This document shows, piece by piece, positions 45,377 through 55,610 of a stretch of DNA of 64,000 bases (the first letter of the stretch is position 1; each line of letters begins with the position of its first letter). Source of the DNA: an uncultured Holophaga sp. (lineage in GTDB: Bacteria > Acidobacteriota > Holophagae > Holophagales > Holophagaceae); contig OY761614.1 of assembly GCA_963664825.1 (NCBI GenBank), forward strand, positions 1,568,001 through 1,632,000, read 5' to 3'. The notes beneath the pieces were generated by a model, which saw only the letters and a list, made by a program, of their open reading frames with translations, did no database searches and was not told the DNA's origin. Both the position numbers and the translations under genes were made by a program.

Positions 45377-46318
45377 ATGCAGCGACCTCCCTCCCTCCTT
45401 GTCTTTGCCCTCGCAGCCCTGATGTTGCCCTTGGGCAGCGGATGTCGCCGGAGGCCGAGGGTGGCCACCCTGCGCGTCAGCGGGGCCTGGGCCCTCTACC
45501 CGGCCATGGTCCACTGGGCGGAGGTCTATCAGCAGACCCACCCGGGCCTCCGGGTGGATGTGGCCGCGGGGGGAGCCGGCAAGGGGATGACGGATTGCCT
45601 GGCCGGCATGGTGGACCTGGGCATGGTGAGCCGGGATCTGCGTCCGGAGGAACTCCGGAAGGGCATTCTGCCCCTGCCCGTGGCCAAGGATGCCGTCTTC
45701 GCCGTGGTGAACGTGGCTAATCCCGCCACGCCGGCCCTCCTGCGTCGGGGCCTCTCTCGGCAGATGGCGGTGGAACTCTGGATCCAGGGCCAGGCCCTGA
45801 CCTGGGACCAAGTGGCTCCCGGAGGGAAGGGCGGTGTGCGCGTCTTCACCCGTTCCGATGCCTGTGGGGCGGCGGAGACCTGGGCCCAATACCTGGGAGG
45901 TCGCCAGGAGGACCTCAAGGGCTTGGCCCTCTACGGGGATCCGGGCCTCGCCCAGGGCGTCTGCAGGGATGTCCAGGGCATCGGCTACAACAATCTCAAT
46001 TTCGCCTTCGACGCCCGCACGGGCCTTCCGGTGAAGGGCCTAGCCGTCGTGCCCCTGGATGCCAATGGCAATGGCATCGTGGATCCTTCAGAAGATCTCT
46101 CCACCCGGGCCAAGGCCCTGGCCGCCATCCGTTCCGGCGCCTATCCCGCCCCCCCGGCCCGGGATCTCTTCCTGGTGGTGCGCAGGCCCATCTCCCCGGC
46201 TGTGCATGATTTCCTGGTGTGGATCCTCAACGAAGGCCAGGGGATGGCCGAAGAGGCGGGCTACGTCCCCGTCTCCGAGACCCAGCGCCGGGAAGCCCTG
46301 AGGGTGGTGGGTCCGTGA
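45377..46318 (+). CDS. PstS-like oxyanion ABC transporter substrate-binding lipoprotein
   Basis: Lipobox-like LGSGC; SGAWALYP, GGAGKG, DLGMVSR and TRSDACGAAETW. PstS fold, atypical ligand residues. Confidence 0.8.
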   Translation: MQRPPSLLVFALAALMLPLGSGCRRRPRVATLRVSGAWALYPAMVHWAEVYQQTHPGLRVDVAAGGAGKGMTDCLAGMVDLGMVSRDLRPEELRKGILPLPVAKDAVFAVVNVANPATPALLRRGLSRQMAVELWIQGQALTWDQVAPGGKGGVRVFTRSDACGAAETWAQYLGGRQEDLKGLALYGDPGLAQGVCRDVQGIGYNNLNFAFDARTGLPVKGLAVVPLDANGNGIVDPSEDLSTRAKALAAIRSGAYPAPPARDLFLVVRRPISPAVHDFLVWILNEGQGMAEEAGYVPVSETQRREALRVVGP

Positions 46319-47217
46319 AGGCTGGTTCCTCCCGAAGGGCCCGGATCCGGCACCTGGCCGACCTCCTCTTCCTGGGTCAGGCCCGGCTCTGCCTGGGGCT
46401 GGTGTTGGGCCTGGCGGCGCTCTTGGTCCTGGTGGTGACTCTCAGCGCGCGGCCCGTCTTGGGCGGGGGATTCGGGATACTGAGCTGTGCCTGGCGGCCC
46501 TCCCAGGGCCAGTTCGGCCTGCTGCCCTTCCTGGCCGGTTCCCTGGTGGTGACCGGGGTGGCGATGGTCCTGGCTGCGCCTCTCTGCATCCTGGCGGCCG
46601 CCTATCTCTCCGAACACGCCAGCGGCCGTCTCCGGGGCCTCCTGCGCCCGGCCATCGATATCCTGGCGGGGGTTCCTTCCGTGGTCTTCGGTCTGTTCGG
46701 TGTGGTGCTGGTGGTGCCCGCCGTGGCCCTTCTGGGGCGTCTCCTGGGCAGGTCCCTCCCTGGATTTTCCGTGCTGGCCGGGGGCATCGTGCTGGCCATC
46801 ATGATCATTCCCTTCGTCCTCTCCCTGAGCCTGGACGTGTTCCTGGCCATCCCCCGGGAGGCCCGGGAAGCCGCCATGGCCCTGGGGGCCACCCGCTGGG
46901 AGACCCTCCAGAAGGTGCTGTTTCGGGCCGCTCTGCCGGGCCTGGTGGCGGCCCAGGTGCTGGGTCTGGCCCGGGCCTTCGGGGAGACTATGGCCGTGGT
47001 GATGGTGGTGGGCAACGTGGCGCGGATGCCCTGGAACCTCCTGGATCCGGCTTGCCCGGTGCCGGCCCTCCTGGCCAACAACTACGGGGAGATGATGTCT
47101 GTCCCCCACTACGAGGCCGCCCTCATGCTGGCGGCGCTCCTGCTGATGATCGTGGTGGGCGGGTCGAGCTTGGCGGCCCGCTTGATGCTGCGCTACCTCC
47201 AGCGGGTGGGGGCATGA
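46315..47217 (+). CDS. pstC: PstC-like ABC permease
   Basis: GTG start overlaps the upstream stop; FGLLPFLAGS, LAGVPSVVFGLFG, EAAMALGATRWE and RAFGETMAV motifs. Confidence 0.85.
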   Translation: MKAGSSRRARIRHLADLLFLGQARLCLGLVLGLAALLVLVVTLSARPVLGGGFGILSCAWRPSQGQFGLLPFLAGSLVVTGVAMVLAAPLCILAAAYLSEHASGRLRGLLRPAIDILAGVPSVVFGLFGVVLVVPAVALLGRLLGRSLPGFSVLAGGIVLAIMIIPFVLSLSLDVFLAIPREAREAAMALGATRWETLQKVLFRAALPGLVAAQVLGLARAFGETMAVVMVVGNVARMPWNLLDPACPVPALLANNYGEMMSVPHYEAALMLAALLLMIVVGGSSLAARLMLRYLQRVGA

Positions 47218-48077
47218 TGGACCCTCGAGCCCTCCAGCGCCTGAAGCGGGATAGTCGGATGAAGGGGCTCATGGCCCTCTGCCTGGGGCTGGCCCTCATG
47301 CCCTTCGCGGCCCTCACCCTCCTTCTGGTGGTGAAGGGATTGCCGACCCTGAGCCTCGGGATGATCTTCCAGGCTCCCCGCAGCGGCTTCTACCTGGGGG
47401 GTGGGGGCGGCATCGCCCAGGCCATCCTGGGCACCCTGCTCCTGGGGGGAGGCGGCATCCTGCTGGCGACGATGCTGGGCTTCCCGGCCGCCATCGCCCT
47501 CCAGCGGGAAATGGCGCCCCCCGCCCTCATCCGCTTCGCCCGGCTGGTCCTGGATCTGCTTTGGGGCGTGCCCAGCATCGTCATGGGCGCCTTCGTCTTC
47601 CTGCTCATGGTGAGCCTGGGCGTCGGGGCTTCGCTATTAGCGGGCATGCTGACCCTGGCCCTGGTCATGCTTCCGATCCTGGTGCGGGGCATGGATCAGG
47701 CGCTTTCCTCGGTGGCCCTGGAACTCAAGGAGGGCGCCACCGCCATGGGCGCCACCCGCAGCGAGGTGTTTCGCCTGGTGGTGCTGCGCCAGGCTCTGCC
47801 GGGCCTCATGACCGCCCTGCTCCTGGCCCTGGGGCGAGGATTGGGGGACGCCGCCAGCGTGCTCTTCACGGCGGGCTATACCGACCGCTTGCCTAGCTCT
47901 TTGCTGGACCCGGTGGCCAGCCTGCCCCTGGCCGTGTTCTACCTGCTGGGCACCCCCGACCCGGAGGTCCAGTCCCGGGCCTATGCGGCGGCGCTGATCC
48001 TGTTCCTCATGGTCTTGGCTGTGAACCTGGGAGGTCGCCTCCTGGGCCGCCGCTGGTCCCGGCATTTGGTGGATTGA
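47214..48077 (+). CDS. pstA: PstA-like ABC permease
   Basis: GGIAQAILGT, LWGVPSIVMG, EGATAMGATRSE, GRGLGDAA and RAYAAAL motifs. Confidence 0.85.
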   Translation: MMDPRALQRLKRDSRMKGLMALCLGLALMPFAALTLLLVVKGLPTLSLGMIFQAPRSGFYLGGGGGIAQAILGTLLLGGGGILLATMLGFPAAIALQREMAPPALIRFARLVLDLLWGVPSIVMGAFVFLLMVSLGVGASLLAGMLTLALVMLPILVRGMDQALSSVALELKEGATAMGATRSEVFRLVVLRQALPGLMTALLLALGRGLGDAASVLFTAGYTDRLPSSLLDPVASLPLAVFYLLGTPDPEVQSRAYAAALILFLMVLAVNLGGRLLGRRWSRHLVD

Positions 48078-48082
48078 TTCCC

Positions 48083-48841
48083 ATGTCCCATTTGCAGATC
48101 CAGCATCTCAGCGTGGCCTACGGCGATCGGCCGGCCCTCCAGGACATCAGCCTGGAGATCCCGGATAGCCGCATCGTGGCCATCATCGGCCCCTCGGGCT
48201 GCGGCAAGACGACCCTCCTCAAGAGCCTGAACCGCCTGCTGGACCTCCAGGAGGAGGCGCGGGTGACGGGGCGGGTGCTCATCGACGACCAGGATATCTA
48301 CGCTCCCCATGCCGATCTGCTGGGCCTCCGCAAGAAGGTGGGCTTCCTATCCCAGCGCCCCTATCCGCTGCCCATGTCCATCTTCGATAACATCGCCTTC
48401 GGCCCCCGCATCCACGGCCTGGAGGGAGCCCAGGGGCCTCGTCTGGAGGCCAAGGTGGAGCACTACCTCCGGCTGGCGGGGCTCTGGGAGGAAGTCGCCG
48501 ACCGCCTGCACGGGCCCGCCGCCAGGCTTTCCATCGGGCAGCAGCAGCGCCTAGCCCTGGCCCGGACCCTTGCGGTGGAACCCGAAGTGGTGCTGCTGGA
48601 TGAACCCACCAGCGCCCTGGATCCCATCTCTGCCAAGCTGGTGGAGCACCAGTTCCAGGTGCTCAAGCAGGACTACACGCTGATCCTTGTCACCCATATC
48701 CTCCGGCAGGCCAGGCGCCTCGCGGATTACGTGGTCTTCCTCTACCTGGGGGAACTCATCGAACACGGTCCCGCGGAGGCCTTCTTCGCCTCGCCTTCCA
48801 CGGATCTGGCCCGGGCCTACGTCCAGGGCGAGATCAGCTGA
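48083..48841 (+). CDS. pstB: PstB-like ABC ATPase
   Basis: [31 protein letters not shown] and [11 protein letters not shown] motifs. Confidence 0.88.
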   Translation: MSHLQIQHLSVAYGDRPALQDISLEIPDSRIVAIIGPSGCGKTTLLKSLNRLLDLQEEARVTGRVLIDDQDIYAPHADLLGLRKKVGFLSQRPYPLPMSIFDNIAFGPRIHGLEGAQGPRLEAKVEHYLRLAGLWEEVADRLHGPAARLSIGQQQRLALARTLAVEPEVVLLDEPTSALDPISAKLVEHQFQVLKQDYTLILVTHILRQARRLADYVVFLYLGELIEHGPAEAFFASPSTDLARAYVQGEIS

Positions 48842-48848
48842 GAACCCC

Positions 48849-49742
48849 ATGAGCCGCTACAGCCTCACCCATCTCCAGCATCTCGAAGCCGAATCCATCC
48901 ACATCCTCCGGGAGGTGGTGGCGGAATTTCGCCATCCAGTGATGCTCTATTCCGTGGGGAAGGACAGCAGCGTCATGCTGCACCTGGTCCGCAAGGCCTT
49001 TCGTCCTGGGGCCTTGCCCTTTCCCTTGATGCACGTGGATACGGGCTACAAGTTTCCCGAGATGTACCGGTTCCGGGATGAGCAGGTGGAACGGCTCGGA
49101 CTGAGGCTGATCGTGGAGCGCAACGAAGCCTGGATCGCCAAGGGTTGTCACCCCCTGAAGCATGGCGTGGACCGCTGCTGTAGCCTGCTCAAGACCGGGG
49201 CGCTGCTGGAGGCTCTTCGCAAGCACGGCTTCGACGCCGCCCTGGGCGGCGCGCGCCGGGAGGAGGAAAAATCCAGGGCCAAGGAGCGGATCTTCTCCGT
49301 GCGGGATGCGCATGGCCAGTGGGATCCCAAGAACCAGCGTCCGGAATTGTGGGATCTCTACAACGGCCGCATCAACGAAGGGGAGAGCGTGAGGATCTTC
49401 CCCTTGAGTAACTGGACCGAGCTCGATATCTGGCATTACATCGCCCAGGAGCACATCCCCGTGGTGCCCATCTACTTCGCCCAGGAGCGCCGGGTGGTGC
49501 GCCGGGGGGGCATCCTCATCCCGGTGGGGGAAGCTGAAACCGAAGGTGTCGAAGTGGTGCGCTGCCGCTTCCGCAGCCTGGGATGCATGCCCTGCACGGG
49601 TGCCGTACCCTCCGAGGCCATCACCCTGGAGGGAATCATCGCCGAGGTGGCCGCCGCCAGGCGCTCCGAGCGGGAGAACCGGGTCATCGATCTCACCGGG
49701 GACGCCTCCATGGAGCAGAAGAAGAAGGAGGGGTATTTCTGA
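48849..49742 (+). CDS. cysD: Sulfate adenylyltransferase subunit 2
   Basis: [47 protein letters not shown] and [11 protein letters not shown] motifs. Confidence 0.95.
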   Translation: MSRYSLTHLQHLEAESIHILREVVAEFRHPVMLYSVGKDSSVMLHLVRKAFRPGALPFPLMHVDTGYKFPEMYRFRDEQVERLGLRLIVERNEAWIAKGCHPLKHGVDRCCSLLKTGALLEALRKHGFDAALGGARREEEKSRAKERIFSVRDAHGQWDPKNQRPELWDLYNGRINEGESVRIFPLSNWTELDIWHYIAQEHIPVVPIYFAQERRVVRRGGILIPVGEAETEGVEVVRCRFRSLGCMPCTGAVPSEAITLEGIIAEVAAARRSERENRVIDLTGDASMEQKKKEGYF

Positions 49743-51649
49743 TGGATTCAGCCCCCAAATCCCTCCTGCGTGTGGTCACAACGGGCAGCGTGGACGATGG
49801 TAAATCCACCCTCATCGGCCGTTTGCTCTTCGAGACCCGCGCGATATTCGAGGACCAGTTCGACGCCGTGCGCCGCACCAGCGAGCGGCGGGGGGATGTG
49901 GAACCGGATCTGGCCCTTCTCCTGGACGGCCTCTCTGCCGAGCGGGAGCAGGGCATCACCATCGATGTGGCCCATCGCTACTTCGAGACTCCTGAGCGGA
50001 AGTTCATCCTGGCCGATTGCCCCGGCCACGTGCAGTACACGCGCAACATGGTGACCGGCGCCTCCACCGCCGATTGCGCCATCATCCTCATCGATGCCCG
50101 CAACGGGGTCCTCACCCAGAGCCGCCGCCACGGATTCCTGGTGTCGCTATTGCGGGTGCCCCACCTGGTGGTGGCCGTCAACAAGATGGACCTGGTGGAA
50201 TACGACGCCTCCGTCTTCGAGGGGATCGCCCGGGATTACCGGGCCTTCGCCGAAAAACTGGATATCGGTGAGATCACCTTCATCCCCGTCTCTGCCCTCA
50301 AGGGCGATAACGTCACAACGCCTAGCGCACGCATGCCCTGGTACGAAGGTCCCACCATGCTCCAGTTCCTGGAGCGGGTTTCCCCCGTGCAGCACCGGAA
50401 CCTCATCGATTTCCGCTTTCCCATTCAGCTGGTGCTGCGCCCCCACCAGGATTTCCGGGGCTACAGTGGCCGGGTGGCCTCCGGCACCATCCGTCCCGGA
50501 GAGGAAGTGGTGGTCCTGCCTTCGGGGCGCAGTACCCGGATCCGAGAGGTGCTGGGGCCCGATGGGCCGCTGGATGAGGGTTTCGCGGGCCAATCCCTGG
50601 TGCTTACCCTGGAGGATGAACTCGACGTGAGTCGGGGGGATATGCTCGTCCGGCGCCTCAACCTCCCCCAGGTGGGGCATCGGATCCAGGCGACCCTCTG
50701 CTGGATGGACGGGGATCCCCTGGATCTTCAGACCCAGTACTTCCTCAAGCACACCACCCGCACTGTGCGCGCCACCATTGGGAGCTTGCACTACGCCATC
50801 GATGTGGACACGCTCCATCGCCAGAGCGCATCCACCCTGGCCCTCAACGAGATCGGAAGGGTGGAGATCCTCACGGCCTACCCCCTCTTCTTCGATCCCT
50901 ACACCCTGAACCGCGGCACAGGCAGCTTCATCCTGATCGATCCCCTCACGAACCGCACGGTGGCCGCCGGCATGATCCGGGGAGGGACCCAGGATCTGCG
51001 GGGCATTGCCGAGGTGCTTGAAGCGGCCCCCAAGGCCACCCATCTCCAGGAGAACGGCTGGACCATCTCCCGCACCGCCAGGGAAGCACGGAACGGCCAT
51101 TCGGCCGCCGTGCTCTGGTTCACGGGCCTCTCCGGCGCCGGGAAGACCACACTGGCCCGGGCCCTCGAAGCGCGGCTGCACGGCCTCGGATGCCAGACCA
51201 TGCTCCTGGACGGCGATCATGTGCGCCACGGGCTCTGCAAGGACCTTGGGTTTTCCCGGGAGGAACGCAGCGAGAATATCCGGCGCGTGGGGGAAGTGGC
51301 GCGGCTCTTCTTCGATGTGGGCCATTTGGTGCTCTGCACCTTCATCAGCCCCTTCGCGGAGGACCGGGAGCGGGCCCGGCACCTCATCCCCGAGGGACGC
51401 TTCCTGGAAATCCACGTTTCGGCGGGTCTGGAGACCTGCCGTCAGCGGGATCCCAATGGCCTCTACGGGAAGGCCATGAGGGGCGAAATCCTCGATTTCA
51501 CGGGCATCTCCTCGCCATACGAGGCGCCCAAGGCCCCCGATCTGGTCCTGGACACCGAATGTCGGGCGGCGGAGGAACTGGTGGAGGAGCTGCTGGAGGC
51601 ACTGGGAAAGCGGGGCCTGCTCAGCCCACCGAGTATCCCAGCTCCCTGA
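49742..51649 (+). CDS. cysNC: Bifunctional sulfate adenylyltransferase subunit 1/APS kinase (CysNC/NodQ)
   Basis: GSVDDGKSTLIGRLL, EREQGITIDVA and NKMD, then APS kinase WFTGLSGAGKTT, LDGD and FTGISSPYE. Confidence 0.95.
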   Translation: MDSAPKSLLRVVTTGSVDDGKSTLIGRLLFETRAIFEDQFDAVRRTSERRGDVEPDLALLLDGLSAEREQGITIDVAHRYFETPERKFILADCPGHVQYTRNMVTGASTADCAIILIDARNGVLTQSRRHGFLVSLLRVPHLVVAVNKMDLVEYDASVFEGIARDYRAFAEKLDIGEITFIPVSALKGDNVTTPSARMPWYEGPTMLQFLERVSPVQHRNLIDFRFPIQLVLRPHQDFRGYSGRVASGTIRPGEEVVVLPSGRSTRIREVLGPDGPLDEGFAGQSLVLTLEDELDVSRGDMLVRRLNLPQVGHRIQATLCWMDGDPLDLQTQYFLKHTTRTVRATIGSLHYAIDVDTLHRQSASTLALNEIGRVEILTAYPLFFDPYTLNRGTGSFILIDPLTNRTVAAGMIRGGTQDLRGIAEVLEAAPKATHLQENGWTISRTAREARNGHSAAVLWFTGLSGAGKTTLARALEARLHGLGCQTMLLDGDHVRHGLCKDLGFSREERSENIRRVGEVARLFFDVGHLVLCTFISPFAEDRERARHLIPEGRFLEIHVSAGLETCRQRDPNGLYGKAMRGEILDFTGISSPYEAPKAPDLVLDTECRAAEELVEELLEALGKRGLLSPPSIPAP

Positions 51650-52463
51650 GGGTTCCTCCGGCGAGGGCTTCGAAGCGCCGGATCTGGGCAGGGGTCAGCT
51701 GTTGCTTCCATTCGTAGGGATCGCCCTTGCGGAAGAAGGAGGCCTTGTCCTCTTCCCCCGCCTTGCGGCCCTGGCTGAGCTTCTCGAAGGAGGCCGCCTC
51801 CACACAGGCCTGAATGGTCTCCGGGGAGGCCTCGGCCCCCAGGAATTCCAGGATCTGCTTCATCCAGACCGTTGGCTCAGCCACCAGGTCCTCGTAGCGC
51901 ACTTCGAAGTAGCGCTTTCCCAGAGGCAGCGCGGCCTTCCGGGCCGCCTGCACCCGCTCGGCCCATTCCTTGGCCGTGATGGCCAGGAAGTCGTCGAAGC
52001 CCAGGCGCTTCAGGTTCTCGTCCTGGGCCCGCACATTGTGATGCCAGGCGGAGATGAAGACCCCGCGCCCATCCCGGATGATGTGGATGAACTTGGCCTC
52101 GGGGAAGAGGCGATCGAGGTTGGGGAAATGCACCGCATGCTCGGGATCCTTCTCCCCCACGAAGCGCAGCCCAGGCTTGTTGGGATCGGCGATGGCCTGC
52201 AGGCGCAGCAGGATGAAGGTGCGGATCAGCGTCAGCACATCGCTCCACTTCATGTCCGGGAAATCGTTGCTATCGGTCACCACCTGCCTGCGGCGCGCCA
52301 GCAGGGCCCGGTATTCCTGGACGGTCTTCACCAGCCCCAGGGCGAAGTGGTGCACGCAGGCCTCGCCCCGGCAGTTGATCTCCGGGTGGGCATCCAGCAG
52401 TTTGCCCAGCCAGGTGGTGCCTGATTTCGGGGCTCCGGTCAGGAAAAATGGTTCGAAGGCCAT
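51621..52463 (-). CDS. PAPS-dependent sulfotransferase
   Basis: GAPKSGTTWL (5'-PSB), HIIRDGRGVFIS (3'-PB), RYEDL and FFRKG motifs; 3' end overlaps cysNC. Confidence 0.9.
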   Translation of the reverse strand: MAFEPFFLTGAPKSGTTWLGKLLDAHPEINCRGEACVHHFALGLVKTVQEYRALLARRRQVVTDSNDFPDMKWSDVLTLIRTFILLRLQAIADPNKPGLRFVGEKDPEHAVHFPNLDRLFPEAKFIHIIRDGRGVFISAWHHNVRAQDENLKRLGFDDFLAITAKEWAERVQAARKAALPLGKRYFEVRYEDLVAEPTVWMKQILEFLGAEASPETIQACVEAASFEKLSQGRKAGEEDKASFFRKGDPYEWKQQLTPAQIRRFEALAGGTLRELGYSVG

Positions 52464-52562
52464 GAGCAACGCTCCCACGGAGGAGGGCCGGGGACAAGGG
52501 CAAGGTGGGCCCCGAGGACGCCTTGCTTCCCCGGGCCTGTTCATGGGAAGCTGGGCTTTTCG

Positions 52563-52740
52563 TGCTGGATGCACGGGAAGCAGGTGCGAATCCTGCGCTG
52601 CCCCGCAACGGTGTGCGCCTCGTTTCAAGACTCGATCGAAACGGGAGACTTCGCCGGGACCACTGGAGCGCCGCTTCGGGAAGGTTCCCGGGAATCCTGA
52701 AAGGGATTCGTCGCGCGCGAGCCCGGAGACCGGTCTGGCA
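52563..52740 (+). ncRNA. Cobalamin riboswitch upstream of btuB
   Basis: CGGGAAGCAGGTGCGAATCCTGCGCTGCCCCGCAACGGTG...ACCACTG...CGGGAAGG...GAGCCCGGAGACCGG. Confidence 0.92.
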
Positions 52741-52828
52741 TTTTCCCAACCGCCGAGGGAGCGGACCAGGGGCTGGAACTCCGTTCTCGTCCTCCACTTC
52801 CTTTTGGCGCCATGCGTGGAGGCATGCG

Positions 52829-54775
52829 ATGGAAGTGCAGCGAATCACCCTCATTCTCGCCCTGGGGGTCACCCTGGGGGCCGGTGAACCCGAGGCTGGG
52901 GCACCCCCCAAGCCCAAGTCCGAGACGGAGGCCACCGTTACTGTCACGGCGGAGGCCGCCAGCGTGGAGGTGGCCAAGACGCCGAATCCCGTCACCATCG
53001 TGACGGCGGAGGCCCTCCAGCGCCTGCCCTTCCGCACCCTCAGCGAGGTGCTCCAGGATATCTTCCCGGGCCAAGTGGCCCCCATGGGGGGTGTGGGCAG
53101 CCAGGCCTCCCTCTACCTCGGAGGCAGCCGTAGCGGCGACACGGTGGTGCTCCTGGACGGCCTGCGCATCTCGGACGCCTCGGGTCTGGGGCTGGACCTG
53201 AGCCAGATGGACATGTCCTCCGTGGACCGCTTAGAGGTGATCTCCGGGCCCTCCTCCTCCCTCTACGGATCCGACGCCCACGGCGGCGTGGTGGCCCTGT
53301 GCAGCCCGGGCAGCGCGCCGGAGGGCTTCAGCGGCAGCCTTGCGGGCCTGCTGGGCACCCGGGGGCGTGCCCAGGGGAACCTTGCTCCCGCATACGGCTG
53401 GAAGGGCGGCTGGGTGCGGGCCAGCCTGCGGGTGGAGGAGGAGGACCAGGCCATCAAGACCGACGAGCCCTTCCGCCAGAGCGCCGTCTTCGTGGGGCTC
53501 GGGCAGGCCCTCGGGGAGGACCACCTCCTCACCGCCACCTACCGCAACCACTGGCAGGGCACGCCCCTGCCCTGGGGCTGGGACTACAACAGCTGGCCGA
53601 TGGCGCGCACCTTCGATGCTAAACGCGAAGCCACCCTGCGCCAGGAGGTGGCCATCCTGAGCCTGCACTCCCAGTGGCGCCCGGATCTCCTGAGCGAAGT
53701 GGCCGCAGGCCGCGTGAACTATGACCGTCACTACTCGGATACGGGCTGGCAGGCCCACAGCCAGCGCGACCAGGCCTCCGCCACGGTCTCCTTCCGCCCG
53801 ATGGGATGGGGGGCGAGCCTCCTGCTGGACGGCAGCGAGGAGCATTACTGGGAGGCCAACCCGGACAAGAAGGCCATCGGACGCCACCTGGCCACGGCCC
53901 TGGAGCTCTCCGTCGAGCCCCTTTCCTGGCTGCGCCTGGTGGGGAGCGCCCGCCAGCAGTGGGATCGCACGGACCGGGAGGCAGACGGGTTCAATCCCGC
54001 CATCCACCGGAACGAGGACCAGTACACCTGGAAGGGGGGCGCGAACGTCCTCCTTCCCCAGGGTTTCAGGGTCTACGCCAGTGCGGGCAGCAGCTTCAAC
54101 GCGCCCAGCCTCTATCAGATGGGTTACAACTCCAGCCTCGGCAAGGCCCTTCCCGAGAACGAGGAGAGCCGCTCCGTGAACCTGGGTGCCGACTGGGCCT
54201 CGGGTCCCTGGCGGGTGGCCCTGGAAGCCAACCGCATCCGCTATGACCGGGTCGTCGTCTGGACCGGCCTCTACCCCAACGGCTACTACGTCAACCAGAA
54301 GGATGTGCGCGTGCAGGGCCTGGAGCTCCGGGGAGGCTACAAGAGCGAGGCCTGGGGTCTGGAGGCCCGCCTGCGCAACCAGGAGGGCCGGGATCTCTCC
54401 CTGCCCGAGGCCCAGCAGCTCAGCACCTTTTCCAGCCGTCCCTTCACTTCCGGAGGCGTGAACGGCTGGGTCTCGTTCGGGAAGTGGCGCATGGACGCCA
54501 GGACCAGCTACGTGGGGCATCGCTACGCCTACAGTGACGACGCGGGTGGCGTGTCCCCCGTGAAGAAGAGCTTCACGGACCTGGGGGCCTCCCTGCAGTA
54601 CCGGGTGTTGCGCGACCTGGACCTCACGCTGCGGGCCGAGCACCTTCTCACGGCCCCCGTCTCCCGATCCGAATGGCTGGCCCGGGAGGACCTGGACCGC
54701 TCCAACGCTTCCCTGATGCCGGGTTATCCTGCCCAGCCCCGGGCGGTTTCTCTCGAAGCGCGCTACCGTTTCTAG
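52829..54775 (+). CDS. btuB: TonB-dependent vitamin B12 receptor
   Basis: Signal peptide, TonB-box-like TVTVTA, plug (VLLDGLRI, LEVISGPSSSLYGSDAHGGVV), C-terminal ARYRF; preceded by a B12 riboswitch. Confidence 0.85.
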   Translation: MEVQRITLILALGVTLGAGEPEAGAPPKPKSETEATVTVTAEAASVEVAKTPNPVTIVTAEALQRLPFRTLSEVLQDIFPGQVAPMGGVGSQASLYLGGSRSGDTVVLLDGLRISDASGLGLDLSQMDMSSVDRLEVISGPSSSLYGSDAHGGVVALCSPGSAPEGFSGSLAGLLGTRGRAQGNLAPAYGWKGGWVRASLRVEEEDQAIKTDEPFRQSAVFVGLGQALGEDHLLTATYRNHWQGTPLPWGWDYNSWPMARTFDAKREATLRQEVAILSLHSQWRPDLLSEVAAGRVNYDRHYSDTGWQAHSQRDQASATVSFRPMGWGASLLLDGSEEHYWEANPDKKAIGRHLATALELSVEPLSWLRLVGSARQQWDRTDREADGFNPAIHRNEDQYTWKGGANVLLPQGFRVYASAGSSFNAPSLYQMGYNSSLGKALPENEESRSVNLGADWASGPWRVALEANRIRYDRVVVWTGLYPNGYYVNQKDVRVQGLELRGGYKSEAWGLEARLRNQEGRDLSLPEAQQLSTFSSRPFTSGGVNGWVSFGKWRMDARTSYVGHRYAYSDDAGGVSPVKKSFTDLGASLQYRVLRDLDLTLRAEHLLTAPVSRSEWLAREDLDRSNASLMPGYPAQPRAVSLEARYRF

Positions 54776-54776
54776 G

Positions 54777-55610
54777 ATGAAGACGTTTCACTGCCTCCTC
54801 GCCTTTGTGGCGGCTGCTTCCCTCTGGGCGGCGCCGCCCCGGCGGGTGGTGTCCCAGGCCGTGGGCACGGACGATCTGCTCTTGGCCCTGGCGGAGCCCG
54901 GACAGATCGCGGCCCTCTCCAGCCTCGGCCAGGACGAGCGCTATGCCCCGGCCTTCCTGGAGGCCAGGGGCTACCCGGCCCTGCGCAATTCCAGCGCCGA
55001 GGATATCCTGCGCTTTCGCCCCGATCTGGTGCTGGCCACCAGCTACTCCCCTCCGGAAAGCGTCGTTCTGCTGAAGCGGGCCGGTGTGAAGGTCTTCCTG
55101 GTGGAGCGCTTCGAGCGCCTGGAGGATGTCTACGCCTGCCTGCGCAGCCTGGGGAGGATCCTGGGGCGATCCCGACGGGCCGAGGAGCTCATCAATAACT
55201 GTCAGATGCGGGTGGCCGCCCTGGCCAAGCGCCTCCAGGGGGTGAAGCCCGTGCGGGTCCTGGCAGCCGGGGTCTACCCCTACGCTTCCGGGGCGGAGAC
55301 CTCCTTCCAGGATATCTGTGACCACGCAGGGGCCCTCAATGTGGCTGCCGAAGCGGGCCTGAAGGGCATCGTGCCCATGCCCGGGGAGAGGGCCCTGACC
55401 TGGAAGGCCGATGTGCTCATCGGTTCCCAGGACAAGGGCGAAAACCTGCGGGCCCAGTTGGCCGGACTCAGCCCCTACCGCTACATGCCCGCCCTCCGCC
55501 AGGGCCGGGTGGTGGTCCTGCCCGGCGCCCTCTTCGCCGCCACCAGTCACCGGCGCATCGAGGCCTACGAATGGGTGGCCCGGGCTCTCCATCCGGAGCG
55601 CTTCCGGTGA
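54777..55610 (+). CDS. btuF: Cobalamin ABC transporter substrate-binding protein
   Basis: PRRVVS, EDILRFRPDLVL and AGALNVA class-III SBP motifs; operon context. Confidence 0.75.
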   Translation: MKTFHCLLAFVAAASLWAAPPRRVVSQAVGTDDLLLALAEPGQIAALSSLGQDERYAPAFLEARGYPALRNSSAEDILRFRPDLVLATSYSPPESVVLLKRAGVKVFLVERFERLEDVYACLRSLGRILGRSRRAEELINNCQMRVAALAKRLQGVKPVRVLAAGVYPYASGAETSFQDICDHAGALNVAAEAGLKGIVPMPGERALTWKADVLIGSQDKGENLRAQLAGLSPYRYMPALRQGRVVVLPGALFAATSHRRIEAYEWVARALHPERFR

